Shown here: positions 1 through 11,693 of the stretch, one piece after another
Layout of the letters: each line of letters starts with the position of its first letter
Numbering within the stretch: position 1 is the stretch's first letter
Assembly (NCBI GenBank): GCA_963666285.1
Contig: OY762711.1
DNA from: Sedimentisphaerales bacterium
Lineage (GTDB): Bacteria; Planctomycetota; Phycisphaerae; Sedimentisphaerales; SM23-30
Length of the DNA stretch: 64,000 nt
Direction: 5' to 3' (one strand)
Notes under the pieces: model-generated
What the model saw: only the letters and a program-made list of their open reading frames with translations
What the model was told of the DNA's origin: nothing
The model's database searches: none
Program-made: the position numbers and the translations under genes

Positions 1-6
1 CAGACA

Positions 7-606
7 TTGACAGGAGAACAATTTGAAGCGTATTCATGGAAAATACCTCTTTCTGAAATTAATAAATCAGAAAGTTGGAGTGGTATGGCATATATTCAAT
101 TTAAGTCGGAAAATGGAATAATATTTGAAGAACTTTCTACATCAGTGTTTGGGTTACCTGAATATTCAAAAGATGAGTTAGATATAATTTCAAGCCTTGA
201 ATTTAGTAAAAATGCAGTGGTAATCAATAAAACTATTAAACAGGATGGTTTAGAAGTTACTTTAAAACAAATAGGGTTTTTCATTAAAAATGAGTATGAT
301 ACAAAAACGACTTATTATAGAGCTGATTTTATTGTTTATAATTACGGAAGAGAAGCAAGTAGAATATCTTCTTATAACGGCTACTTAATTCATAATAAAA
401 GTCAATACGACAGAAGTTACAACAGTAACCTTGATGTATATGACTTAAAAACTGGCATACAAAGAGAAGGATATTTACTTTTTGACAATGTTCCAAGTAA
501 TCTGGCAGGAGAAATAATCATTAGTGCAGGATCTGCATATGATCGCAACTATAATAATATCGACTACACATTTAGAATTAATCTTGATGACTACACTACT
601 AAGTAA
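7..606 (+). CDS. C-terminal part of a hypothetical surface protein, DUF4352/Ig-like fold (5'-truncated at window edge)
   Basis: ORF runs in from the edge; 'GLEVTL...YRADFIVYN...REGYLLF' resembles DUF4352 domains. Confidence 0.4.
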   Translation: MTGEQFEAYSWKIPLSEINKSESWSGMAYIQFKSENGIIFEELSTSVFGLPEYSKDELDIISSLEFSKNAVVINKTIKQDGLEVTLKQIGFFIKNEYDTKTTYYRADFIVYNYGREASRISSYNGYLIHNKSQYDRSYNSNLDVYDLKTGIQREGYLLFDNVPSNLAGEIIISAGSAYDRNYNNIDYTFRINLDDYTTK

Positions 607-783
607 AATGTGCAAAACCGTTTTAACAATAAACTGGTTTTTTAAGATGTAGGCATAATGAAATTAATGAATGAATGTGGCGTAGTATTTTACGAATGCA
701 AATGTATTATTATTTTCTTTATTTTACATTTATTTATTTATTTATTTGTATGCAAATACTCAAATAATACATGTTATTTGATT

Positions 784-3700
784 CTATGCCTTTGAATCCA
801 AATATATTTTAAGGTGCTTATCCTTTGCCTTCAACTTAACATTCTTTAATGCAAGCCGCACATCTTCTTCATCCCATTTATTTTTGATGCAAAAATTAAC
901 CAGATATGTCAAATCCACATTATTCTCATAATGAGTCTGCAACCAATGAGTAAGTTTATTTATATTCGTCAAATTTGAATGTCTAGGATGCTTTTTTAGA
1001 GTCATGCTACTTAAGTTCTTTTTATTCTGCTGTAACTCAATGATCGCAGTATCAATGTCGCCCCATTCCCAATCATGTTCTCTTAAATGCTCTACAATTA
1101 AAAACAGTTCATGACCAGCCATTAGCTGTTTTTCTATATGATGTTTAAGGACTTCAATTTTATTACCGTGAAGATGATCATCATGCTGATGTAAATAATG
1201 GATATGATGATGACCTTGAGCCTTAATAATATGTTTTGGTAATAGTTTAACTAGAATATTTTTCCATTTTACAGGCATATACATATAAATCAATATCATC
1301 GCTGAATAGAAGTATATACTGCACAATGCAATTGCCATAAAAAATAGTACAATGACATTATTGATCCCTTGCAGAATTCCTATTAACGAAGAAGATGTAA
1401 ATAAGTAATATAGAGATTTCCCAAGAAAGATAACATACATAAACAGACTTTGAATATATAATACATCATAAAATACAACTGCTACTACTGAAAATATAAC
1501 TATAAGACTTGTTATTTCTTTCTTAGCCTTGAAATCAATAAATACTAATGGTAATGTTGATATTATACATATTATTCCTATTATAATCTTATCGTGAGGT
1601 ATTGCTTTTGTTAATATATCAACACCTGCCAACACTCCTTGTTCAATATTAATTGCTTTGAATTCAAATGCAGGATTCAGTAAAAAAGCTGAAAAACTCA
1701 TCGGGAATAAAAATGTTAAAATCATACCAAATTTATAATGCCAATTACTATCTTTATTTTTTAACAAGTTAAATATGGACATTTCGTTTAATGGTTTATT
1801 TTTATGCTTAAATTCATACGACCATATCCAAATCGGAATAAATAACACTAAAAATAATGAAATTATATTTAGTAGGTATGCAGTAAAAAACTGAAAAATA
1901 ATTGGTATTGAAAACCCGACGATGCTGAGTGAAAATAAACTTTCATTTCCAAATACTGAGAATATCGGCATATGACCTGCTGAAAGAATATTTATATATA
2001 CGGGGTCTAGAAATCCCAATGTATATGGGATAACATATATACCTATTTCAGTAAATATGTGCAAGACAAACATTCCTGCAAGTCCCAACGGTAAAAATTT
2101 TGGATGATGAAATAACTCAATCATCCTTTCATAAAAGGTATCTGGCGTTTCAGAGATTGACTCTATTATATGCATCGGTGTTTCTTTATAATGTCTTTTT
2201 ATTCTTTTTGACACAATAGATATAAGTGAAAGCATTAACACAGCAACCAAAATAGGAGCATCTACTGCTATTGCCAGCCACTCAAACATAAGGTTGAAAA
2301 CTAATATGAAAAAGAAAACTTCAACAAATAATATCTGGACAAATCTTATAATAAATCCTTGATGTGTTTTTGTATGATGTATAAATAATGCTCCAATCAA
2401 AGATTCTTTATGCACATGCTTATTAATAGTAAGATATATCGCAACAATAAATAGCCCTAAACAGCCCAATATAAATGTAATTGAAATCACATATGTGCTA
2501 TGATTTATAATGTATGCATACAAATCTCTAACAAAGCTGGTTTCATTCCATGTAGCTTTTGCAACACCTATTAAGTTTTTTATCGTAAGTAGAAAGTACG
2601 ATATCAATAATAGTATATCTGCACCAATTTTTCGTTTCCCAAATAAAACCTTAGTTATGCCAATATGATTAAATATTATTGCAAGCAAAATCCAGGATAT
2701 GACTTTTTTGAAAAAATCAACATCACCTGGCAGAATTTTCATGAAATCAATAATGTTAAGTACAATAAGTGATAATAATATTAAAAATTCTAGTCCGCTT
2801 GCAGTTTTTATAAAGAAAAATCTTATCGGATGTTTTACTGCATTTATTGCCTCAGTGATTGCTTCTTTATCAGCATGATGTTCATCCAGATAGTTTTTTA
2901 TTTGATCTAACGAATATCTTTTTCGTAATAAAATCTTAATTTTTTTAACTAATAGATATGCGTTTGGACTGTGTGGCTTTTCTCTTGTAAAATGCGAGAT
3001 GGACATAAAGAATGTAATTAAAATTATTACAGCAATCAAAGGAGGGTACAGGTTTTCATAGCCAGATTCTTCCTGTTTTACTAATAATATATCTCTTGCA
3101 ATAGCTAGAGTTTCCCCCTCATTCATACAATCTTCATCGGATATTTTCTTTATCTTAAGTTGAATCTCTTCACCCTTTAAGAGCTTATCAAAATGCCAAG
3201 CAACCATAGGGTCTTCATCAATTATTTCAAATTCCATGTTAGATTCTAACTCATCGCTTTGTTCTTTAATTATTTCCAGCAAACATTTTGGAATATATTC
3301 GAAGATAGATACATTATATAAGATTGTTTCATTGTCTTTGAAATCAACATTGATGTTGTATATGGTTTCATTACCTTTTTGAACATAAGTTTTGGTTAGA
3401 TTAATAACCTCTTTAGTTTTCTCAGCATCTTGATGTAACTTTTCAACTTCATCCTCTGTAATATTATTGTGTTCGACAATAACTTGAATCATATCAGGAT
3501 TTATATTTTTATTATTGAATGCGTATTGAAATGATATTTCTTTGAATTGATTAAGCTGACTTGTATTAAACTGTATTACTGGATCACGCTCTATTATGAT
3601 GAAAGGATCTATTTTTATGATATCATCTGTTGTCTCGGCTACTGATTTAGCAATTTTTATTGTTATAGTCACATTCTTTAAATCAAAAGCTTTGGCTTTA

Positions 3701-6700
3701 ATTATTTCAGTAAAACGTGTAACACTTCCAGCTTCTTCTTGTATTCTTTTATGTGAATATGTATTCGTGATTATTTTTTCTTCGACTTTTTGGTCTATTA
3801 CTCGTGGCAATAATTCTTCATTTTTAGGTTTTGAAGTTTCAGTTTCAGGTTCAATTATTAGCTCTTCTTCTTTTACTTCAGGAGTTTCAGTTACTTCTGA
3901 AACAGGTTCTTGTCTTTCTGGTGCTGGCATGACTGACGCACTGGTTTCTCTGTTACTTTGAGTCTCTGATGTACTTGATGCAACCTTTTTGCTACAAGCA
4001 GAATTCTTCCATTCATATATATATGAGCCACCACTATCACCAGTCCCAATTATAAATCCCGCCTGAGTATCATCACAATCAATAAGATCTATGCTTAAAG
4101 TATTTTTTAGAGTAGCATAAAACGGACATGCCTGATAATCATAATATCCATCGTTGTCACTATCCCATGTTTCATCAATAAGGCCATCGCAGTCATTGTC
4201 GTATCCATCACATATTTCTGCATGGTTATTTATTAGCAACGAATCAGACCATGCGCCTTTTGTATATGATCCATCTATTGCCTGTACTGAAACATTGAAA
4301 CACGAATCTGGCAGATTAAGATTAGCGGTAGTTCTTGAGAACTGATTTCCGTATTGACCTTGCGTTGGATTGCTTGACGTACCTTTTTCACTTGAATAGA
4401 ATTTATACGGGCTTATTTGATCCCCAATACGCAAATTATATGTTAAAGCCTCAGCAGGTGTAATATCGTCACTGCTTTGTGTCCAGTTCAATGTAAGCGC
4501 ACTTGTTACATTATTATAAGAACCATTTATAATCGGTGCTGTTGGCGGAGAGTTCGCCGTTGGTTGAGTGTTTTGGTATAGGATGGATATATATTCTTTG
4601 TTAATAGTTGATACTGCACCTGTCACAAATAAGTCTAGGTCATTATCATTATCTTTATCAAAAAGTAACGACGAACCTAATTTAACACCTTGTACTTGCA
4701 CAGTTGATTTTGTTTCAGTAAAGTTCGTACCGTTAAAAATGTATGAAGTAGAAAATAGTCCAGTTTCAGCTTCTCCTATAAGAATTAAAGTTTGGTTTTG
4801 ATTTATTTCACCATAAACAATAGAAGAAGATTTTAAGCCTGTTAACTGTTCTGATAATGTAGAATTTAATTGCATTACTCCTTGATTATTTGAATATATT
4901 TTTAGATTCCAATCTGACATTATAGAATCTCCCGTCTGAATCATATCTAAATCACCATCTAAATCATAATCGTAAAAAATTGATTCTCCTTCTTTCAATT
5001 CAAGATAATCATTAGTTTTATTAAAATCAGTACCGTTGAAGTAAAATTCAAAAGCCATATTTGTTGTGTCATCAAACGCACCTTGCATCACATATTCAGT
5101 TTTATTATCTAAATTGATATCACCATAGGATATTGAGCATTCTTTTAGATTTGGTAATGAATGACTTTGTTTTGTAAAACTTAGTTTTCTAAAATAATTT
5201 TCAGCAAGATTATTCTGATAGATTACAGTTTCAGGATTTCCTGACGAATTTTCACCGCATGCAATTATATCATTATCTCCGTCGTTGTCATAATCAGAAA
5301 CTACTACTGAACCTTTTTTAAGCGGAGTTAATTGTGTTTTTAAGTTGTCAACTTCATAATAAAATAATGGCATTTCATCTTCATCACTGCCAAGAGCTAC
5401 TAAATCATTTATGCCATCATTATCTAAATCAGAGATTGAAACTGAAGTAAGATACAAACTCCGGACATAGTTAGAATAAGAATAGGTTTTTCTTGGATAC
5501 TCTTGATTTGAACCAGTATAAAACAAATCATCATTCCAAAATACAGACCCCAAATACACTCCTTCATACTCCTGCTCCTTTACAAACCATGCACCTTCGT
5601 CAATAATTGTGACTGTAAAATTTTCTTCAATTGCTTCAAATGAAATGTTATCAAAACAAGATACAGTAATATTTATCTGATTCCATTTTAGATCTGAATC
5701 AGAAAAAGTAATTGTATAATTATAGCCATTGGATATATTAAAATCCATTTGAGTTTCTACAAGACCGGCAGTTGTTATGTTACAAGTAGCGGTGATTTGC
5801 TCTGAGTCATTAGAATAATTGTGATAACTGAAGAATATATTCGTTGGTGTGTCAAAGGTAATATATGAATCATTCAATAATTCTATTTTACTGTTTGGTG
5901 CTGTTGTGTAAGTACTAAATCCTGTCACATTAAAGCTAACATTATTCGAATAATAATTAATTAAGCAATCAGCACACAATTCATCATTTTTCAGAATCAC
6001 TGGCTTATTAGTATAAGATATTCCAAAAACAGTGACTGCCGCATTTCCAGCAGGGAATAGTGAATTGTTTACATAAACGCTATTTTCGGAGATAACAATC
6101 AATGAACTTAAGTTCTTTTCAGTTAAGTTAACTGGATCGTGAAATTGAATTTTAGCATAACTATTTGATATATTTACACTAGACAGGTTTGAAAATAATA
6201 TTCGATCTTCCACTTCGTTGCCAGTAAGCAATGAAGTAAAGTTTGTAGTACTTAGTGATAGAAAAGAATCCCACAATGGTTCAGGAGTTCTTTTTAGCAT
6301 AATTATAATTGTTTCATTTTCAGTCACATTCGCTGTAGTAACATTATTATAATAGTATCTTTTACTGAAATTGAAATCATAGGAGTAATTGGTTCTTGTA
6401 TTGGACGAATCTAGGGTAAAACCTGTAAGGTTAATTGGATGACTAAAAGCAATTGAATTATTCTTTACACCTGATAATGAATTATCATATTGATCTTTGA
6501 ATTCAAAATCAATTTCATATATGCTTTCAAAAACACTTGTAGAAGCAAAAGTAATATTATCAAATTTTACATCAAAAGATTTTGTATGGTTATTGATTTG
6601 GAGAATAGCATTTAAGAATTTAGATTCTGAAATATTCAATGGCCGATTAATTTCTAACCCAATATAATCTAGAATAACATAATCAATTGTAATGTTACCT

Positions 6701-9063
6701 GTATCCAATATTATATTTGAATTATTTCCTGACAAAGTTTTATGAGGAAACACAAACAATGTCCCGTTATCTATTGTAATGTTTGATTTGTATCCAATTG
6801 TAGCATCGTCTGAAATCTCAAAAGTTGCTCCATCTTTTACTGTAACATTTACATTACTGCTGATATTACCACTTAATGAACAATCATAATCTATTATCCA
6901 ATTTCCTGAATTTGGCGAAATGCAATCATTAAATTCTTTTATTGCCCAAGCGGAATGAGCAAGACCGTTATCAATTGCCTGGACTTTAATTCTGACCGCA
7001 CCAGTTGAAATATTGTTTAATGTGTAATTTGTTGCAAACTGCATATTACCTCTATATCCTTGTGCTGGATGGGTAGACAATGGGTATCTGCCTGAAAGCA
7101 GAATATCACCGTTTATCTTCTCAACTTGGAGGTTATATGATAATTGATCTTGTGGTGTTAAGTCGTCTATTGTTGCGTTCCATTCAATGAAAAGCTTACT
7201 GTTATTATATGATATATTTATTGAATCTGAATCTATCGCAATTGGTGGTTGGTTTAGTGTATATTCTGATAAAGTATTATTAAATAATTTAATAGGGTTT
7301 ATTCCACCAACTCCAGACAAAGCTAAATCTAAGTCACCATCCGAATCATAGTCTGAAGCTGACAAAGAACAATCTGAAACGTTATAATGTGAACCATCTA
7401 AGATACTTTGAAGGTAATAGTTGGATTCATTATTTTTATAATAATACAAATACTTATTTGAATCATTTTCACCACACATGATAATATCATTTAATCCATC
7501 TGAATCAAAATCTGCAACGAATACATCTGATTCTGTTAAACCAGAAAAATTTGGCAATTCAATATTTATTTTATTGAATTCACTATCATAAAAATAATAT
7601 TCATTTTCTGCACCATTATCTCCGAATACAAACAAATAAGGTTCTGTGTGATTCAGAAAATAATTGTATGTACAACTTCCAGACTGCAATTGATCTAAAG
7701 ATCTTTGAAAAGTAAAATTACCTGTTTCATTTGTTAGCCATATACTTGTGTTAATATTACTTCCATCATTTCCTGCTAAATAGATATCAGGAAATCCATC
7801 TTTATTAAAGTCTGCGGTACAGACCATCCCGTTTTTTAGATTTGGTAGTGGCTGGGATAGTTGAATGAAATTATAAAAATAGCTTTTAGGATTTGCCTCA
7901 ACATTGTTCCCAAATACAATAACATCATTAATACCATCTGACTTACTATCAATAATCACTCCTGAAGCTTTTTCTAAATCATGCAAAGAGGTATTAAGCT
8001 CTATTTGAGAAAAACTGTTAGAAGCATCAAATAAGTTTCCTTCGTTATAGTAAAAGCCTGTATAAAATAAATCGTTAAAGAATTTAGATGTTTTATGAAA
8101 TTGTGCTAAGAATCCGTCATATAATTGATAATCCGAGTTTGCAAAAATACTTTGTTGATTTGAAAAGATTGATGTTCTTGAAGATAGATTTATTATAGAC
8201 ATTATTGAATCAGGAAAAACAAATGTAGAATAAGTCAATAATCCCGTGTCCTGTGAATTAGATAAAATAACATTACTTCGTTCATCACTTCCTGTGAGCA
8301 AGCTTAATCCCGAATCTTCGAGCAACGGTTTTCTATCTGTTACATCTACAGTAAAATTAAAAGAGTCATACCAATTACTACCTTTTCTACAACTTGCGTT
8401 TAGAACATGGTTTCCTACTGAATCAAAAGTAATATTACCATAATAATAATTTGCATTTTCAGCCAACAAAATGATATTACCATCATATTTAAGTTGACAT
8501 TCATCAACCGTTGTATAAGGAGGAGTCAAGTCAACTCCTGACATATTTTGTATTCCGATCTTAAACTCTGCTGGAATGCCTTTTAATATATAACTTTTTG
8601 AAGTGTAATTAGTCTGATTTGAAATACTAATCTTTAATTGAGGATAAACAGTGATTGTGCCAGTATGTATATATGAAATATCAAATGAACTGTTTTCGCT
8701 ATGGTTACAATAATAGCCAAATGAAATATTATTTGATGCTTTTGTAAATGTATAGTCGAAGTGATATACTTCACTGGCAGAAACATACGGTAATTGGGTT
8801 AATTGAGATGAAATATTTACATAGCAGCTACCAACAGAGTCGGCAAATACTGCATTATCCGTTTTGTTTGCATACCTTACAGTAAGATTTACAGATGTTG
8901 AAGAATCTAGCTCATCATTTTGAAAAGGTAGTGTTATGTTTATGGTGGAATCATCAGAACTATCCGAATGGACATGTTCAAATGAGAAAGATATGCCTAC
9001 ACAAAAGATTATCAATGCAAAAAAGCATATACTTCTAATTACCTTACTAATTGATGCCCCCAT
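784..9063 (-). CDS. Giant 2759-aa surface protein: signal peptide, two FG-GAP/VCBS + FN3-like modules, MopE-like Cys motif, Pro/Glu linker, large polytopic membrane C-terminus
   Basis: Repeated DxDxDGxxD motifs (DFNKDGFPD, DFDSDGLND, DYDSDGDLD, DYDNDGDND, DYDLDGDLD); EICDGYDNDCDGLIDE; many hydrophobic helices at the C-terminus; TATA-like box ~25-35 nt upstream. Confidence 0.8.
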   Translation of the reverse strand: MGASISKVIRSICFFALIIFCVGISFSFEHVHSDSSDDSTINITLPFQNDELDSSTSVNLTVRYANKTDNAVFADSVGSCYVNISSQLTQLPYVSASEVYHFDYTFTKASNNISFGYYCNHSENSSFDISYIHTGTITVYPQLKISISNQTNYTSKSYILKGIPAEFKIGIQNMSGVDLTPPYTTVDECQLKYDGNIILLAENANYYYGNITFDSVGNHVLNASCRKGSNWYDSFNFTVDVTDRKPLLEDSGLSLLTGSDERSNVILSNSQDTGLLTYSTFVFPDSIMSIINLSSRTSIFSNQQSIFANSDYQLYDGFLAQFHKTSKFFNDLFYTGFYYNEGNLFDASNSFSQIELNTSLHDLEKASGVIIDSKSDGINDVIVFGNNVEANPKSYFYNFIQLSQPLPNLKNGMVCTADFNKDGFPDIYLAGNDGSNINTSIWLTNETGNFTFQRSLDQLQSGSCTYNYFLNHTEPYLFVFGDNGAENEYYFYDSEFNKINIELPNFSGLTESDVFVADFDSDGLNDIIMCGENDSNKYLYYYKNNESNYYLQSILDGSHYNVSDCSLSASDYDSDGDLDLALSGVGGINPIKLFNNTLSEYTLNQPPIAIDSDSINISYNNSKLFIEWNATIDDLTPQDQLSYNLQVEKINGDILLSGRYPLSTHPAQGYRGNMQFATNYTLNNISTGAVRIKVQAIDNGLAHSAWAIKEFNDCISPNSGNWIIDYDCSLSGNISSNVNVTVKDGATFEISDDATIGYKSNITIDNGTLFVFPHKTLSGNNSNIILDTGNITIDYVILDYIGLEINRPLNISESKFLNAILQINNHTKSFDVKFDNITFASTSVFESIYEIDFEFKDQYDNSLSGVKNNSIAFSHPINLTGFTLDSSNTRTNYSYDFNFSKRYYYNNVTTANVTENETIIIMLKRTPEPLWDSFLSLSTTNFTSLLTGNEVEDRILFSNLSSVNISNSYAKIQFHDPVNLTEKNLSSLIVISENSVYVNNSLFPAGNAAVTVFGISYTNKPVILKNDELCADCLINYYSNNVSFNVTGFSTYTTAPNSKIELLNDSYITFDTPTNIFFSYHNYSNDSEQITATCNITTAGLVETQMDFNISNGYNYTITFSDSDLKWNQINITVSCFDNISFEAIEENFTVTIIDEGAWFVKEQEYEGVYLGSVFWNDDLFYTGSNQEYPRKTYSYSNYVRSLYLTSVSISDLDNDGINDLVALGSDEDEMPLFYYEVDNLKTQLTPLKKGSVVVSDYDNDGDNDIIACGENSSGNPETVIYQNNLAENYFRKLSFTKQSHSLPNLKECSISYGDINLDNKTEYVMQGAFDDTTNMAFEFYFNGTDFNKTNDYLELKEGESIFYDYDLDGDLDMIQTGDSIMSDWNLKIYSNNQGVMQLNSTLSEQLTGLKSSSIVYGEINQNQTLILIGEAETGLFSTSYIFNGTNFTETKSTVQVQGVKLGSSLLFDKDNDNDLDLFVTGAVSTINKEYISILYQNTQPTANSPPTAPIINGSYNNVTSALTLNWTQSSDDITPAEALTYNLRIGDQISPYKFYSSEKGTSSNPTQGQYGNQFSRTTANLNLPDSCFNVSVQAIDGSYTKGAWSDSLLINNHAEICDGYDNDCDGLIDETWDSDNDGYYDYQACPFYATLKNTLSIDLIDCDDTQAGFIIGTGDSGGSYIYEWKNSACSKKVASSTSETQSNRETSASVMPAPERQEPVSEVTETPEVKEEELIIEPETETSKPKNEELLPRVIDQKVEEKIITNTYSHKRIQEEAGSVTRFTEIIKAKAFDLKNVTITIKIAKSVAETTDDIIKIDPFIIIERDPVIQFNTSQLNQFKEISFQYAFNNKNINPDMIQVIVEHNNITEDEVEKLHQDAEKTKEVINLTKTYVQKGNETIYNINVDFKDNETILYNVSIFEYIPKCLLEIIKEQSDELESNMEFEIIDEDPMVAWHFDKLLKGEEIQLKIKKISDEDCMNEGETLAIARDILLVKQEESGYENLYPPLIAVIILITFFMSISHFTREKPHSPNAYLLVKKIKILLRKRYSLDQIKNYLDEHHADKEAITEAINAVKHPIRFFFIKTASGLEFLILLSLIVLNIIDFMKILPGDVDFFKKVISWILLAIIFNHIGITKVLFGKRKIGADILLLISYFLLTIKNLIGVAKATWNETSFVRDLYAYIINHSTYVISITFILGCLGLFIVAIYLTINKHVHKESLIGALFIHHTKTHQGFIIRFVQILFVEVFFFILVFNLMFEWLAIAVDAPILVAVLMLSLISIVSKRIKRHYKETPMHIIESISETPDTFYERMIELFHHPKFLPLGLAGMFVLHIFTEIGIYVIPYTLGFLDPVYINILSAGHMPIFSVFGNESLFSLSIVGFSIPIIFQFFTAYLLNIISLFLVLFIPIWIWSYEFKHKNKPLNEMSIFNLLKNKDSNWHYKFGMILTFLFPMSFSAFLLNPAFEFKAINIEQGVLAGVDILTKAIPHDKIIIGIICIISTLPLVFIDFKAKKEITSLIVIFSVVAVVFYDVLYIQSLFMYVIFLGKSLYYLFTSSSLIGILQGINNVIVLFFMAIALCSIYFYSAMILIYMYMPVKWKNILVKLLPKHIIKAQGHHHIHYLHQHDDHLHGNKIEVLKHHIEKQLMAGHELFLIVEHLREHDWEWGDIDTAIIELQQNKKNLSSMTLKKHPRHSNLTNINKLTHWLQTHYENNVDLTYLVNFCIKNKWDEEDVRLALKNVKLKAKDKHLKIYLDSKA

Positions 9064-9178
9064 CTCTACTCTAATTTTGGGGCAGAAGTATTTATAAACC
9101 TTTTTATACTATTTAATTGGATTGGTTTAATAATAATTTGAAGTAATATTTATAAATTTAATATATTTAACAAAATGT

Positions 9179-10129
9179 ATGGATGAAGGAAATAATAAAC
9201 TTAATCATGTAATTTTATTGGATGGTGATTCTTCTGTTGACGGATTTCTTGGTGGAAAAGGTAAATCATTGCAAAAATTAAAAAGGGATGGCTTTCCATC
9301 TTTGCCAGGATTTGTTATTACTTATAGATATCTTAAAACTATTTTAGATTCCCCACAACTACAAAATGAATTAAGGAGCTTTGATGAGATCTCACACAAA
9401 GACTTAAAGTCCTTAAAAGAATTAAGCAAATCGATAACATCACAATTAGAGTCAATTTCAATTTCTGAATCTTTTAGAGAAGAAGTGTTTAAAGTATATG
9501 ATGATTTAAACTTATCTAAAGTGGCAGTTAGAAGTTCAGCTTTGATGGAAGACTCTTCTGCAAATTCATGTGCTGGATGCCTGGAAACGTTTCTTAATGT
9601 ATCAAAAAACGAACTAATAAAAAATATTGTTAATTGTTGGAAATCATTGTTTTCTTTAAGATCACTATATTATCTAAAATCAAAGAATATTCAATCTCAA
9701 GACCTTATTATGTCTGTTGTAATCCAAAAAATGGCAGAACCTCGTGTAGCTGGTGTTTGTTTTACAAGAAACCCTGTTACATCAAATCCGCATGAAATTC
9801 TTATTGAAGCCGGAATTGGTTTAGGGGAAGTAGTGGTCAATGGATCAATAACTCCGGACAGGTATATTGTTGACGAAAACTTTAATATATTATTAATAGA
9901 GGTTGGTAAGCAGGATACAATGATATCTACCAATAGTGATGGCATTGTAAACGAGAAATGTACTTTTGAAGAATCAGCTAGTCAAAAATTACCTGACAAA
10001 CATATAATTGAACTTTCTAGGATAGCAAAAGATATTGAAAAAGCAAATGGTATGCCTATGGATATCGAGTGGGCATTGACTGAAGTTGGGTTAATTATTC
10101 TTCAGGCAAGACCAATTACAACATTATGA
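9179..10129 (+). CDS. Stand-alone PEP/pyruvate-binding (ATP-grasp) domain of the PEP synthase/PPDK family
   Basis: GGKG, VAVRSSA..ED, GLGEVVVNG, DIEWA, LQARPIT motifs; no phospho-His domain. Confidence 0.9.
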   Translation: MDEGNNKLNHVILLDGDSSVDGFLGGKGKSLQKLKRDGFPSLPGFVITYRYLKTILDSPQLQNELRSFDEISHKDLKSLKELSKSITSQLESISISESFREEVFKVYDDLNLSKVAVRSSALMEDSSANSCAGCLETFLNVSKNELIKNIVNCWKSLFSLRSLYYLKSKNIQSQDLIMSVVIQKMAEPRVAGVCFTRNPVTSNPHEILIEAGIGLGEVVVNGSITPDRYIVDENFNILLIEVGKQDTMISTNSDGIVNEKCTFEESASQKLPDKHIIELSRIAKDIEKANGMPMDIEWALTEVGLIILQARPITTL

Positions 10130-10762
10130 AATTTGTTGCAATACGTCAAAAACATCTTCAATAATTTTGATTTGTGCATCTGCATTACAATGGTTTGGGT
10201 TTTCATTGAATTCTATGCAAAACATATTTGCAGATTTTGCAGAGCATACTCCATACTCCGAATCTTCAATCACAACGACTTCATTATTACTTAGATTAAG
10301 TTGTTCTAGACAATTCAAATATGGTTGAGGGTCAGGTTTTAGAAGTTTACAATCATCTTTAGTTACAATTTTCTCAAAATAATGTATTAAGCCTTTTTCT
10401 TTCAATATTTCATAAACAAATTCTTTACTTGAAGATGTAACTAGGGCTAATCTATATTTTTGCTTTAAGCTTTCAAGAGTTTTGTGAACATTTGCCATTA
10501 TTTCAATATTTTCATAAAATGAATCAGAGTTGATTATTGTTATAAAAGACTTTTCTAGTTTGTCTACAATTTGAATGTTCAGATTATTATTTTGGACAAT
10601 ACTTCTAAATATATTTATAGAAGACATCCCCTTAAACACCCCCCAATTGATATTATTGGTGTTTATGCCATATTCGATACATGTTTCTTTTTGTGCTTTG
10701 GAGTAAGCATTCTCCGAATTTATAATTACTCCATCTAGGTCAAAAAGTATTGCTTTAATCAT
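10124..10762 (-). CDS. HAD-superfamily phosphatase (beta-PGM/CbbY-like)
   Basis: FDLDGV, LVTSS, KPDP, IEDSEYG motifs. Confidence 0.9.
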   Translation of the reverse strand: MIKAILFDLDGVIINSENAYSKAQKETCIEYGINTNNINWGVFKGMSSINIFRSIVQNNNLNIQIVDKLEKSFITIINSDSFYENIEIMANVHKTLESLKQKYRLALVTSSSKEFVYEILKEKGLIHYFEKIVTKDDCKLLKPDPQPYLNCLEQLNLSNNEVVVIEDSEYGVCSAKSANMFCIEFNENPNHCNADAQIKIIEDVFDVLQQIS

Positions 10763-11693
10763 TTAATTTCTTTAAGTATATCTTATCCGCTAAACAATTT
10801 TTTAATCCAGTCCTATGACATACTTTTGTTTCTGGAAATGGTATTTGTAAGTCTTTTGATATACTGATTCTTTTGTCCTGTGCAATTTGATAAAGGCATG
10901 GGATATAATAATCGTTGTAAATGTTTTTGAATCTGCATAGTTGGTTTTCTGATTGTTTTGGCAGATTATCCGTATATAAAACACCCTTTGTAAAAATGTC
11001 TAAATTCAATCTCCCTTCGTAAGTGTCAATTAGCTTTTGAATAATAGTATAATATTCATTAAATGGAATTATGTACTCTTGATTGTCATTCCAATAATCT
11101 TCCTCATCTCTAATTAGTCCGATTGTTAATGTTTCAATATTTGGCAAATTTGTTTCAACGTATTTTATGACTTCTGTAAGTTGGTTCTTATTATATTGAG
11201 TCATTAAAAATACTAATTTGACTTTGTAAAATTTAGAGTATTCGTTTATATTTTCTGTAATGTCTTTAAGTGGTTTGAATGATTTATCTTCTGCCTCTAA
11301 AGATTGGAAACTAATTCCTAGTTTGATATTTTTATGTTTTTTATCTAAATTACGCAATAAATACCCATTAGTATATACACCTACTGTTTTATTTTGAGAT
11401 TCAAGATATGTAATAAATTTATTTATATCTTTATGGATTAACGGCTCTCCGCCTTGTAAATCGTATTTCTCAATTTGTGGGTTATTTTCGACGATTTTTT
11501 TGATATGCCCTAAATCCATAACATTTCTTCTAGCCATACTTTTGTTATTAAAACAATAAGCACAATTTAGATTACAATCACTTGTTATAAATAGCAGAGC
11601 AGTTTTTGAATAATGCTTATATTGCTCTTTCCACCTATTTGGATCAATTCTTAATTTGAACCTTTTATGATTCTTATTTGCAACTTGCTCCAT
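10755..11693 (-). CDS. Radical SAM protein
   Basis: CNLNCAYC, GGEPL and YTNG motifs; four further Cys near the C-terminus; overlaps the HAD start. Confidence 0.9.
   Translation of the reverse strand: MEQVANKNHKRFKLRIDPNRWKEQYKHYSKTALLFITSDCNLNCAYCFNNKSMARRNVMDLGHIKKIVENNPQIEKYDLQGGEPLIHKDINKFITYLESQNKTVGVYTNGYLLRNLDKKHKNIKLGISFQSLEAEDKSFKPLKDITENINEYSKFYKVKLVFLMTQYNKNQLTEVIKYVETNLPNIETLTIGLIRDEEDYWNDNQEYIIPFNEYYTIIQKLIDTYEGRLNLDIFTKGVLYTDNLPKQSENQLCRFKNIYNDYYIPCLYQIAQDKRISISKDLQIPFPETKVCHRTGLKNCLADKIYLKKLND

Noticed and set aside
728..747. (ATTT)5 tract
   Set aside because: Low-complexity AT-rich DNA between convergent genes; no sign of function.
10755..11693. Radical SAM as a prokaryotic viperin
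   Set aside because: Only the generic CxxxCxxC and GGEP motifs are seen; viperin-specific residues are not recognisable.
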